DNA of 58,560 nt, the filler included, from Sphacelaria rigidula (taxonomy: Eukaryota): assembly GCA_964200075.2 (NCBI GenBank). It is 4 parts of 4 records of this genome, joined end to end, with 100 filler letters (N's around TTAATTAATTAA, not from the genome) between each part and the next. Parts side by side here need not be neighbours in the genome. Positions count along the whole stretch, not along the records: positions 29,335 to 43,898 come from CAXNAA020002178.1; positions 43,999 to 58,560 come from CAXNAA020002179.1; 2 more parts are not named here. One strand, 5' to 3'. Position numbers and translations under genes: made by a program. This document shows, one piece after another, positions 42,900-55,700 of this stretch (the first letter of the stretch is position 1; every line of letters starts with the position of its first letter). The notes beneath the pieces are model-generated. The model worked only from the letters and a program-made list of their open reading frames with translations, searched no databases and had not been told where the DNA came from.

Positions 42900-43819
42900 G
42901 GCCCTTCAGTACTGCGGCAGGGGCCAGCTCCCTCATCTGCCTACGTGGAAAGCGGGGCGATTAAACACCTCATGAAAATCCAGCGCAGGAGACGCGGTAC
43001 AGGATATTATCACCAGCGAGGGCAATCAGAACAACGAACGAAAATCATCACCTGCTTTATACCAAGAAGCGACCACCCCAAGCGACTCCACCAGTAAGCC
43101 CGAGGGAAGCACCCACTATCGAGAGGCCAGCATCCAGGGGCACATCTTGAGCGCCCTCGTGCATCACCAGCAACATCGCTCTTCTCGAAGCACATACACC
43201 AGTATGTCACTTGAACTTTCTAACTCTCCGCGTTTCATTTGAAACGGCAACACTTGTTTGTCAGTGCTACCAGGTGTCCTTCACTGTTCGGAGTCTTTGA
43301 CACCATCACTACAACAGCAACCACAATCGGTTTAGAGAACGGAATGAGGCGAGCAGCTTTACTACAACACCGCCGCGAAAGAACCGAACAAGATCAACGA
43401 ACGCCACAACAACTACAGCGCTATTATCAAGTACGGACCCAGCGACATCAACAATCGCCACAACTCACCGTTTTACTACTGAATGCTTGACGTAGCGCAG
43501 GAAACCATGGTAATGTGGTACGTATATCCTTTATTTGGCTGTACGCAGTACCAGGAGTTCTCCGAGGAAATTATTCGAGGACAAATTGATCGGTTATACT
43601 GTACAACGTAGCGCATCGTTGGCAAGCGTGGTAATTGATTTGAAGTTTCGTTACTGTGTTTATATTGCTGCACTGGTCTGTATGCAGGACCTTGCTTTAT
43701 TTGAAAATAGTCTACCGCGTGTATTGTACCGTACACGGGTGAATTTATTTATCGACCTTTGTACAGAAGGTTTGATTGCGCACTAGGCCCATATTATGAT
43801 CCACCAAATATTTCCGACA

Positions 43820-43895
43820 TACTGCGTGTAATATGGACTATCGTACCTATTGCAACAAGCAATAGATTCCATGCTGTAAGCAGTACATGTTTTCA
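43820..43895. mobile_element. Diverged internal fragment of MITE family C
   Basis: actatcgtacctattgcaacaagcaatagattccatgctgt resembles the interior of the 12204 copy. Confidence 0.45.
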
Positions 43896-43898
43896 CGC

Positions 43899-43998
43899 NN
43901 NNNNNNNNNNNNNNNNNNNNNNNNNNNNNNNNNNNNNNNNNNTTAATTAATTAANNNNNNNNNNNNNNNNNNNNNNNNNNNNNNNNNNNNNNNNNNNN
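43899..43998. other. Scaffold gap with artificial spacer
   Basis: N-runs around TTAATTAATTAA. Confidence 0.95.
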
Positions 43999-44729
43999 GG
44001 GGGCGTACTCATTTGTTGCTTGCCTTAGTCATTTGACCATTGACCACGCATCCCTTTCGAGACGGAGCAATGAGCAATTTTCCGGGGGGGGGGGAAAGGA
44101 CATGCGTCGTCTCAGCTTTGCTGTGTGACTGATGCAAACTGACGCGGTGACTCGTACGTGTTTCAAGTCACGACGTCTTTCTTCCTTTCATGACGATACG
44201 GCGGCTTGTTCATACTCTTTGCGTTGTTCTGTTCGCTGTCATGAGGGATAAGAAGACGTGACAGGCGTGGTGCACTTGGTCTGTGAGGGGGCGGAAGATA
44301 TACCCACATATATAAGCATACATCTATATATACGTCCTAAAGAAGAGGAAATTCTGGCCAATTCCAATTATCATGAGCCCAAATCAACGAGCGGGCTGAG
44401 CAGAGGGTACTTTCATTCAGGGCGGCAATCAGGATTTGTTTTCAAGCTTTTGAGCGATACCATTTATTTAGTCTTTACTTTTCAGACAGCGTTTTGTGGG
44501 ATGGTACGTCTTTTGTCTGACTTTGTTCGTTCTCGGACATTTGACAGCACGCCATGTATGACCACAAAACAAGAAGAGATTCGTCAAGACAAAATGCGTC
44601 CCACGTGTAAAAGGTACCGTTACAGTAGTTCCGTTTTCTCGGTACCATCGTTAGAGCTAATTGTCTGTTGTTGGCGTGGTACCTGTTTGCTCTCTCGTAG
44701 TACTGTTCCCGTGTTGCCTGTTTTTTCAA

Positions 44730-44845
44730 GTGTCCTTTCAGCGAGTGTTTCTGTTTCCGTTTGCCCGCCTTGAGTTTGTGCGTCTTGTGATGACGGCTGG
44801 ATTCGTAGTAGATCAGTTAGCCAACATGCAACGGCGATCAATCAA
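44730..44845 (+). mobile_element. Diverged inverted copy of the 33385/52580 repeat
   Basis: The reverse complement reads ttgattgatcg...tccagccgt...gaaacactcgctgaa. Confidence 0.5.
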
Positions 44846-47800
44846 GCTGTCACTATTATATAGGCACTACTCATGATGTGCTACGGTAGCAGCAGATGGG
44901 AAAGAACGATCTTGATGACGGACCCCGTAGTTTTCCATCAGTGGTGGATGTGTCGATTTCAGGTACAAATAGTGAAGGGGCGAAGCCGTGCACCACAGAC
45001 AGAGCCGTGACGATGCAATACGGTGGGTTTTGTCGGACCTTTGTTCCGCGAGAAGCGTAGAGCTCCATACATTTGTTTCAGGGGTAGTTGGATAAAGTTA
45101 AATGGGGGAGGGGGGTGGGATGACGACGGGTGTTATGGCGCAAAGCTATGACAACCGCACGGTGCATTTTGTAGTTTTCAAGCGAGAGAGAATGGATGAG
45201 GGCAGGGGTGGATGGTGACAGGTGAATACTACAGTGTAAATGTCATCGCTTTTGGAAGAGGATGGACGAGGGGAAGGGGAAATGATAAGTGCTATTATGG
45301 CGTATTGCTAAAACCAAACTCATATATGGGTGACCTTCAAGAGTCAAGAGGAACAGTATCGTGTGCGGCACCCTTGGGTGCGTTGTAGGTATGGCCAATA
45401 TAGCTCAAGACCATGTCACAAAAGTGTGGCACAGCCTATCTATACGATCTTTTCGAGGGGCGTGTTCGAATGACGTCGAATGTTTGTCGTTGCAGCCGGC
45501 TACTGTCATGCGGCACACGGCGTGCGTGTAAGCAAGAGCGACCGGTCGTTGCGATTCCATGCATGGTAATGGGCGGTCCATCATACAGGGGACGCCGAAT
45601 GTAGCGAAGCCGCTGAGCTTCAGGTTCAAGTTTTATCGATCGCCCTTCATGCCGCAATAATAGGTGCCCTTCCTTGTATTGTACCACTCTGGACAGAAAT
45701 AAGCGGCCGGTACGGGCGAAATAATGATGCCTAACTATTGCCCACCTTCACGTTCTTCGACACAGGTTCAAACCCCGGCGTCGCTGGATTAGTTCTTGTT
45801 GAGTTGATTTTTTTTAATAGTTTCCCCCAAGACGGGTGTTCTTCGCTTTTCTTGTTTGTTTCAGTTTTTGTCGTTTTCGAGTTCAGTTGACTTCAGTTGC
45901 TTCGGTTGAAGACTAAAGAGTGGTTCCGCAGTAGGGGTATCTATTTTTTCTCTGAGGCTCTGTCCTGTCGGAGCCTCTGGATGACGAACATCTGGGTCTT
46001 CTTATTGTGCAACCTCAGAAACGTTTTGGACTGAAAAGTGCACCACGACCACCGTAGAATCTGACCACAAAAGACTGATTTTGATTTTACATTGGTACCG
46101 GGCACTTATTTCGACCCAGAGTGGTGTCACACTGCAGTTGAAGGTGGACGAGTGACAAGTGACGTTATTATGGACACAGCACGAGATACTACATGGTTAC
46201 CCGTCCATGTTTGCAGAATCACAATCGCCGAGTTACCTGCGAGTGATGTTTATACCCGGTATACTGATAAGCAGGCTCACCAAGCTCAAGATGTCTCTGA
46301 TGGGTGTTTCTACTTCATCATCCAGACTTGAAGTTCGAACGATTGGTTTCCACCCCTCGCCTTGTACCGTCCAAAGCTCTTCTCCTTTCTCTTCCGAGGT
46401 CGGCATCGGCTTTTCTTCGCTCTAGTCTCATTGTTTTCCTGGCCTCCTTTCCGTTGAGTGTACGGTGAATTCCTTGTTGAGTAAATAGCTGAGTCACATT
46501 GTTAGCAGTGCCAGTGTCTCGCTGCTGCAGCAGGGCTGGCAGGTGAGAGTCTTCCCGCCCAAATAGGGCAGTCCCTCGATAGCTAAGTCGCAACCTGCTT
46601 CCACACACGATCTTGCTTCGTGTACAACCTCATGAACTGACGCCCTGGTAGGGGACCGACAGACTTTCGCTTGACACCAGCAGCAGCAGCGATCTCAGCC
46701 CAGCGTTTCAATCCTGTTTATTTCATTTCCCTTTCCTTCTCATTTTCTCTCACGTTTTCTCCTTGTTCTCGTGTTTCCTTCAATAATAAACAGTGTTCCC
46801 GGGTATTTTCCTTGAGTGAAATGAAAGCCCATCTATCCCGTCACCACGACTGGGTTCGTGGCGAATCAGTTCATGTGCGACCACCATGTAACCGACTGAA
46901 TCGAGTACCGCAAAGCAAGTCAGGATACACTTCAAGTCGAAACGAAGATGCCGGAGGGCAGTCATGCATGCGGGTACACGGCGTGCGAGCACCGCCCCTC
47001 GAGAATACCACGACAAGGGAAACTCATCAAATACAGCGATCCAAACAGTATGGCAATCCTGTATTTCGCACAACTATCCCCCTTACTGCGAAATGAAGTA
47101 ACAAAGTCGACACCATTGATTTTTCCCGCTTTTGTACGACGCTCGCACCCTTTGTGCGCCATATCCCAATTCTTCGAAAAAAAACGACGGGTGAAGTCGG
47201 GCGCTCACTTCTGCTCATGAAAGTTTTGAGAGAGAATTCATGAAGAAATATGAAAATTGCAACACTTGTACAAATAGTCGCGTGTGCCATTGCCAGTCGA
47301 GAGGTACCTTTACACCTATACTCTTTGTACCAAACCACTTGATGCCAAAGTTGGAAACACGCGAAACGGAACAGCTGTATACCCAGTTGCCCGTCCTCAA
47401 CGCCTCCCTGCTAACAAAGAGAAATGAAATGGCGAAGGACGGTCACTAGAAACGGCGAGAAATAAATACGACGAAGGGCATCTACAGCCCCCCCCGCACG
47501 CCACCACACGGGGGTTTCGTACAAGCGAAGGCTTTCTCAGGATGTGATAGAAACATATCAGACTCTTCTGTAAACAAGGAAGACCAACACATACACGCGC
47601 TTTTACACACATGGACGAGCAACCACAGAAAAAAAATAAAAATAAAACATCGCCATGCCAAAATTGCGACGAATGTCCCTCGCTAGTCCTCATGAACCGC
47701 TAGCCCCACCACACTTGGAAGCCTCAAGATTAGGCCGCGTCTACGTCCGCAAGCCGCAAAACAATCCTGCAGCACTGGACTAAACCAAGATACAAGACTC

Positions 47801-49772
47801 CGACCGCAAAGTCAGAGTGTCTATCGCAGAATACCTCGTGTACCCTTCCCCCCTGCCGGAAATCTCGATTTCGCAGTTTTTGTGAGGCTACGGCACTACG
47901 AGCGTATGCCAAACACCCACGACAAAAAATATCCGTGATCGTATAGAGCCTCGTCGAGGTTTCTCGGTCGATCACCCTCTTCCAGAGAGCGAGTATCTTC
48001 GCGAGAGTACCGTTGTATTCAAACACGAAAAAGCACACCCCACACCCGTGCCTTCAAATGAGAAAGCATCGCTCTCACGGCAAAGACTCCCTGCGGATGC
48101 GGATGCGGCTGGGAGGGGGGAGGGGGCGGGGGTTGCGGTGATATCCCGACCGCAAAACATCTCTGCACTGCCTATCCTAAATATCGAAACGCAGAGACAA
48201 CGCAACAGCAACAACGTTCATCACGTTAACGCCACGTCCCAGTCATCGCTGCTTTTCTTGCGTGAGCAACACGTAAATGGGGACACACATCACTTTAATT
48301 TAAATACACCATTTGCGTAAGGGGACGACCACGACTACTCCAACAGGGGGCACAGCCATCCCATCCCATCCCATCAACCGCGCACAGCAAAATTTCAACC
48401 CCCCCCCTCCAGCCGCGCCTCCCCGGCCGTCTCCACGTCTACAAGATTCAAAACTCACGTTCTCGGAGGACCATGTACTCCACAAATCCAATACGCCACA
48501 GAGAGGACACGATGGCAAATATCAACTCAAAACCAGGAGAAACAGGGTGTGCTCGCCATCCACGGCCAACGCTCCTGTTCAATAATGAATGCGCGTTCCG
48601 CATGGGTTGCATAACCCTTTCCCCTCCTCCCTCCACTACTCTTCCCTCCTTTGTGCCTCGATACTGAGCTGCGGATCGAGCTGTACTTTTCACAGGGAAT
48701 CAGCACGCCCTCCTCACCTCTCCCGCGCCTTCGTTGTCCATGTGCGTCGCAACTGCGATTTTTAAAGCCTCCATCTGGAATGCCCATTCTCGACTGTACG
48801 CGGTACTTCCACGAACATGCTCCTGAAGACGGGGTTCAATCTTTAATCCATCGACATGGTCAAAATTGCTGTACGGTACTCGTTCGGGTGTGTACATTTT
48901 GATCTATTGAAACAGATGGCCTGGGCTACTAGAACCAAGGTCTATAATGGCAGCCTGGAAATACCAGCACTTCTAAGGAAAATACTCAGTCACGTTGACC
49001 TTCATCCTCCCCACACAATGCTCCGTCTCGAAAGGGATGCGTGGTCAATTGCCGAACGACTCAGGCAAGCGAACAAATGAACACGTCCACACCACATCCC
49101 ATATATGTAGACTCGGCGAGCCTTGTTGACCATTTGTGAACGGTAGTCCTTGCCCTATTCTCGCTCAAAGAGACAACTGTCGGACAGGTACACGTTACTT
49201 GAAATAAAAATGCTTCAGGCTTCGTGCGTGTGATACATCCAGCACGGTGCGACACTGTTCGATCTGAACATTGCTATCAACTTACTGTAACGCCTGCCGT
49301 GCGCCAGACCGTCATCCCAACCCCCCCGCCCACACCCCATTTGCCCNNNNNNNNNNCAACGCCGGCGCCCCCTTGTTGTCGATGACATTTCCTTCTTCCC
49401 CCCCCCACCCCTCCCTCCCCCCCACACGCCCCCCCACCCCCCCCCCCCCCCCCCCCCCCCCCATAACGGATGCTTTCATAACCGAGTCATATGCTATCAA
49501 TCATCTAATAACATGTTCAACCGCAGGAACACCGACAAAAACCTAACACGATACGCGAGTCTTCATCGCACCAAAAATGACCCACGACAACGACACCTAC
49601 AGTCTGTGAATAACACGTCATCTTCAAACTCGGCGTCTTTGCTGCCACCTACTCAGTAGTCGAAAACCGTCAACCTTTGTCTGACGACAAACTGATTTCC
49701 TCGCGAAATTGGTTCATCGTGAGCACCCCCCCGCCCCAGCCGCCATCGCACCCTCTCCGCCGTTATCCCACT

Positions 49773-52700
49773 TCAATTGATGACTCCCGCGATCTCCTCG
49801 TCCGGAGGACGCCACCCGCGGTTAGTCTCGTGCAGTGAAGAACACCCGCAAATTGACGGATGGGGTCCTTCGTACACGCCCAGTTGCGCGGAGGCGTTTG
49901 CCTTTGCTAGCAGGCCTGCCATTTCCACGGCAGCGGCGAAATTCTCCCGGCGGCCTGCCCATATCTGCTTTTGCAAATGGTATTTCAGGCACGGGAGGTT
50001 TTTTCTTTGACCATTTCAGAGGTGTTTTTCCGATTTGGCTACAAGTATGGACATGCGACACTCAACATCCAACGATCGACGGGTCGATTTCAAGAACAAT
50101 TTTCAACCATGGCAATCTGCTTCCGCGATCAAGAGTCGGTCGTGTGAGAGGGAGGGGGGGGAAGCGCAGGAAAGGGAGCACGGTGTGGATGTGCGAAGAT
50201 CGGTGATATGCGCCAAGTTACAATCCTTGGCATCATCGTGTGTGATCGCGGACAGCAGGATACTTTCTGTTTTGTTCGGCTAGAAAAAGCGGGTGCACGG
50301 TACGTCGCTGCAGACTGTGTGAGATGCCGGACACGAACTTCTTCCGCGACACACGCCAAATAAGGGTCTTCCTCCAACAGCGTTTGGTCGAGATTCCGAA
50401 ACGCCCTGCATACACCTGCATACCACTAAAGCACCTCATTCACAGCCCAGGCAGCTGCCAAGCACGAATCACCACGGGCATCGAAGCACTTGGTTTTCAC
50501 CCAACACACCACTGATGTATAGGAAGCCCCGCACCCCAAGTGATACGTGCGTACGTGGGCACACGCAGTCGACTTACAGTGGTCATGCATGTTCTCACAC
50601 ATCGGGCAGCTCATGAGATACCTACCTAAATAATACTCCTCATAAGGGTACTGATCCCGATCTCGAGCTACTATGACTCAAAAGGCCCCTTTTTCCACAT
50701 CTGCTCCCTACAGCGCTGGATGCCGAACGCGAAAAGAAGCGCCAAGATAGTGCTTTGGCTTCTCAGACCCTGCTGTCAACCATTTTGTGTTCTTGGAACA
50801 AGGGATCTGGGAGTCCTCCTCGACGCATCATACAAGGTAGCTAGCTCATGAGCTGTTCGACATGCGCAAATTTTGGAATGCAGCCATCGACAGGTGAAAT
50901 CGGTATCAATCCAAGCGCGGGGGACACGAGATGTTGCCCTACAACATTAGGCCTCGCACGGACGAAATTGATATCCTCGCAGCACATCACCTTGAGCACG
51001 CTGGCCTGAAGGCTGCGACCGAAGCTGAAGCTCATGCTCCACGGGTGTTTTCCGTCGGGATCAGCGTCGGCCATCCTGTTTATGACGTCAAGGTTGACCG
51101 TCGCTTCCTCCTCAGACTGCCCCCCGGACAGGAAAAACACGCCGGGAACGGCCGGCGGCACCCGCCTCCGCAACGTACGGAGAGTTAGCTCCGCCGTGCG
51201 CTGTGGCGACGCCTGCTTGAGCATGATACATGGCACGGGTGGGACCCGGTTACAACTTACAGGCGGGATGACCGAGCTCGGACAGTGTTTTTCTCTGCGA
51301 AAAGGGTAGTGCTACCCGTGTGTGAGTCGTCCGGCAGGGTGTGTTCTCAGGTATAACAAAGAGGATGCCGTGAAGTATTTTATGCAGTACTTTGTTCGCA
51401 TTATCGGAGCAGGTGCGGTGATTTTGAAGCTGTTTCGCCGATGCCTCATCCCGCCGGTGTATGGCACGCTGCATACCAGGCGCCTTTTTATCGTAATGTC
51501 TGCGTGTGCGGAAATAGGAGATGTTACGCACTTTCATAAACTTAGCCAGAAGTATTCTCCCCGGCTCCCCTGTGCGCACCTCATGGGTTACATCTTCTCG
51601 GTCACACCTGCACTAGAGTGTGCAATTACTGTTTTCGAGTTCGAAACCGACGCATGTCAATCGCACCCCGTTGGGCTGGCTCTTTATGTGAGAGTTTCTC
51701 TTTACCTTCTTCTCTGGAGCATCGACGCCGGCCATGATCATCTGTGGCTTCAGCACCGTTCCCTCCAAGTAAACATTCGCTTCGGACAGGGCGCCATACA
51801 CCGCACCCAATACGCGTTCGCTCACCTATGTTACAAGGTCAAGTGCAGTTGAGGTAGAGGTTCCTCAGGCATGGACTCTTTGTTCAAACTAACACCCAGA
51901 TATTTCACCGCCGTCTTCGGAAGTATCTCAGCATCGAAACAAAACAAGCACTCATTATGGCGAGAGACAAGAGAAACATCACACGATTCACCTTACCTCG
52001 GCGAACAACTCGGGGCTGTGAGTACCCTCGATCAAGATCTCCGGCTCCACGATCGGAGTCAAACCTGCCGCCTGCGAGATCACCGCGTACTGCGCAAGCT
52101 GAGAAGCGTTGGCCTGTATTGCCTTTGTCGTCGGTAAACCCGCCTCTTCGTCGATGCGAATCGTCGCACGCCTGTCACACGCAAGCAGGGTCATGATGTG
52201 GAGGTCGAGAGATGGCGTCTTGCCGTCACAGGCCACTGACATCCACAAACTTCCATGCATCGGATAGCTCATGAGCTATTAATACCTCGAATAACCAATC
52301 GAAGCAAACTCTTTGACACGCTGTATCAATCAAAACCCAAAATACCTGACGCTGTATCGACCCACTCCACCCCCCGGTACACATCGTGTAGTTTGATCTC
52401 GAGAACCGGATCAGCGCTCACGCACCGCGTGGCCTCTCGTCAACAAAGTCAGTCAAATGGTCTCTTCTTGCCACGTGAAATCAGACAGACCTGAGTTATT
52501 AAATTCGGGTCCCGTCAGACCTTGAATGAACGGTGCTAAAAGACAAGCCACAGCTCCCATGCCACGCGCTTCTCATTACTTTTGATTGGTTGATTGATCG
52601 TCGAACTTCAACTAACCTCCCAGGGGTCCAGCCGTGGTTGCATGATAAACGTACCCAAGAGAAGCAAAACCGAAATACTCGCTGAAGAAAAGAAGGAACA

Positions 52701-55700
52701 GAAAAAAAGTCGAACACGACGGTATAGTAGACTGGTGGTGAAAAAAAAATGCACCGCGTTTACTGAAGTATTCACACGCACGCTCGTTAAATATTCGACG
52801 TGCGTGTCCTGCCGGTCGCCCCGGTGGCTCAGGTTTTATCGTCGAAACCTTCTGACGGTTGGGACGTGGGTTTGAATCTCGGTGAGGTCGCACAATGGGG
52901 GACATTTCCTCGCATCATGCATGCCCAACAGTAGAAAGGGACTGTGTCATGGGTCCACAAAGTTCGACTCAATGGTCGACAAGCAACGCAGAAGGAACAT
53001 GGAGTGCTGAAACAAAAAATTAGAAACATTGTCTTGACTTTCCTCCTGTTTGAACCCGGCTGATTCGCGCACGAATACCGAGAGGTGTAGGTTGACGTCC
53101 GGAATAGATGAGATGACGACACACAAACACGCACGTGTGGAAAACTTGTCAACGCCAAAAATCAACAGTCCCAAACCGATCACGCCGCTCACCACTTGGC
53201 AAACCGCGCGCCCTGCTCAAAATATCGCTTGCTCCTCTCCAACAACGTGTCCATACCCTTGGTCGTCGTTTCGCGAGGGCTCGACGGGATAGGGTCGAGG
53301 CCTTTGTCCGTCTTTACCCCCGGCAGAACACCTTTATCCCGTAGCAACTTCGCAAAGGGGACCCCGTCGGACGTTGCCTGCAGCAGCGTTTCTTCGAATA
53401 GGATAACACCTCCCAGCCACTCGCCCATACGCGGTGGTGACAGAAGCACCTCGCGGTACGCGCGGCGCGTTTCGGCACTATTCGTGAGCCCCGCCGATTC
53501 CAGGCGCTTCCCGATCTGCGCGCGTGTCATATTCCAGTAAGGGGCGTGTTTATTGTGGCACGCAGGGGCGGCTGGATCAGGGTGAAGCCTGCTGTCGTCG
53601 AGTCTGTGTGGTATGCGTGCGTTTCCCTTCGCGTGGAACGCTGAAAGCTATTATTTACTCACAGTCCTCATTTGGGCGGGATCCTCACTGAGATGAAACA
53701 TTGAGTATTACTGGTGATGACAGTTTTCACTGTACGTTTTGCTTCATATCTTCGCAAGTCGCTATTCTGAACTCTGTGCCTTGAGCAATCCCATTTTACC
53801 CTTGCCATTGCCGTTCGCCCCGGTGGCTCAGCTGGTATCCTCAAAACCTTTTGACGGTTAGGACGTGGATTCAAGTATCGGTCACGTCACACGATCTTAG
53901 ATTTTTTCTCGTATCATGCTCACCATTGGAGAGCGACTGTGTCGTGCATACGCAAATTTCGACTTCACGACGAGGGCGAGGGACCGTCAACCCTCCCTCG
54001 CGATAAAAAGTAAGGTAAGCACCGCAGGAGAGGTCGAGAGCTGAAACAAAATAAAAAGAAGTCCTGTATAGAGCTCCCTCCTGTGTGACCCCGGCTGATT
54101 CGCACACAGATGCCGAAAGGTGAAGACTGGCGCCCAGAATAGATGGCGTGACAACACACACACATCCCCAAGTGTCGGAGATCAGATGAATAGTCGAGGG
54201 TGGAGGCGTGTGAATCTTATCAACGGAAGGCCGTTTCACTCTTCAAACAAAATTTCATTGACAGCAGACTTGCCACCGGAGGTGCTGTATTGGTGCTCTA
54301 GACTACTTGTAGAGTCTGGGTTCGGAGATGTGTAGCAGTAGTGTGGAGCACACACAGGTTGATTGATACTTCTGGGGAGTGAGTATCTCGTCAGGCCGGA
54401 CAAGTTGTAAGCTGTCGTTGCGGCGAATAGGATCGTGGGTATTGTCTAGGAGGCCGGAAATACGGAACCCCAGAAACGTGCTCTCGACCATTGCCCAACT
54501 TTATATCTTCATATTTTCCTGGTGTTGTACCTAAACCCTCCTTTCAGGATCATTTTCGGCACATTCTTCGTCTGTACATGTGTTTCCTGTACATTATTTT
54601 TGCCTTTTCCGCTTGTTTTCCAATTCCGTCTCTACGTGGGATTCGTGCACGTTCGTTCGCGCTAATTCTCAGCAAATCCCTCAATTGGAGGGTGTATTTC
54701 GTGTAATCTTTCCCATGAGGATGTAATTTCGCGGTATGATGAATCGAGGTATGTTTTATCCCGATGCCTTGTCAAATTCCACGGTTCAAGTGCACTCGTT
54801 GTTGTCCAACTCTGACCCCAACCTTAACTCTGGAACCACAACACCAGCTCAAGGCATACCGAGAACTCTTGGGCAATGGGGGGCGCAGGATGTATCCTAG
54901 GCGACAAGGCATGCTGAGAACCCTCACTTGGGCAATAGGGGCGCAGAAGATTCCCTAGGCACAGGGTGCAATGGCAGACCTCCATTCCTTCACATCCTGG
55001 AAAAAGACAGAAGATTGCACCGGCAAAAAATGTACTACGTACAGTATCAGATCCATTCTTTACCGTGAAAGACAAGATGTTCCATACTATGCTCTCGTCT
55101 CATCTATTTTGGATGCCGGTCTGCACCCTTTCGCTATATGTGGACGCACCAGCCGGGGTCACAGGAGGGAGCCCAACACAGGAGTTTCTTCTTTGGTTTG
55201 TTTCCCTTGTCCGCCTTCCTTCTGCGGTGTTCTTCTCTTCTTTTTCATCGCGAGAGGGGTTCAGCTGTCTCTTCCCCTTGTCGACCATTCGGTAAAATTT
55301 TGTGTACCCACGACATAATCGCTCTCCACTGTTGTTGAGCATTGCGTGACGAAAAGACTCAGATCACTCCGCCCACGACTTAACCGTCACAAGGTTTCGA
55401 GGTTACCAACTAAGCCACTGGGGCGACCGCCTTCCATGCTGTACGCAGTGCACTTTTTACCGGTTTATGCAATGTTTGGGGCGTGCAATCTTCATGCGGG
55501 CTACAATACCATACTGTCTGTACTGTGCCCGCAGTCGATTCCAAAGCACGCAACCTACATCCTCGTAGAGCGAAAATGGGGTGGGATAAAGCGCCTAGCG
55601 AACAGAAACCCGGTATTTTTGTTCAGTCAATCCTCAACCTGGGCACCACGCTATCTGTACAAAAGTAAGTACAAGTGTAGCATGTGATTGACACCGGTGC

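Noticed and set aside
44682..44796. Apparent minus-strand exon (PSSQDAQTQGG...)
   Set aside because: It overlaps a diverged copy of the 33385/52580 dispersed repeat.
45760..46030. B-box-like GGTTCAAACCCC followed by a T-rich stretch (possible second SINE)
   Set aside because: Single copy with no convincing A-box or tail.
48717..48903. Candidate minus-strand exon with AG/GT boundaries (IKMYTPERVPY...)
   Set aside because: No recognisable motif, and it cannot be linked across the gap to the WD40 gene; left uncalled.
51322..51852. Long + strand ORF (similarly 24728-25168, 36167-36481 and 37484-38110)
   Set aside because: These are antisense shadows of minus-strand exons and introns with no protein motifs.
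52811..52890. Possible tRNA genes at the SINE heads
   Set aside because: The copies are mutually diverged, lack a complete cloverleaf and run into a shared repeat body.
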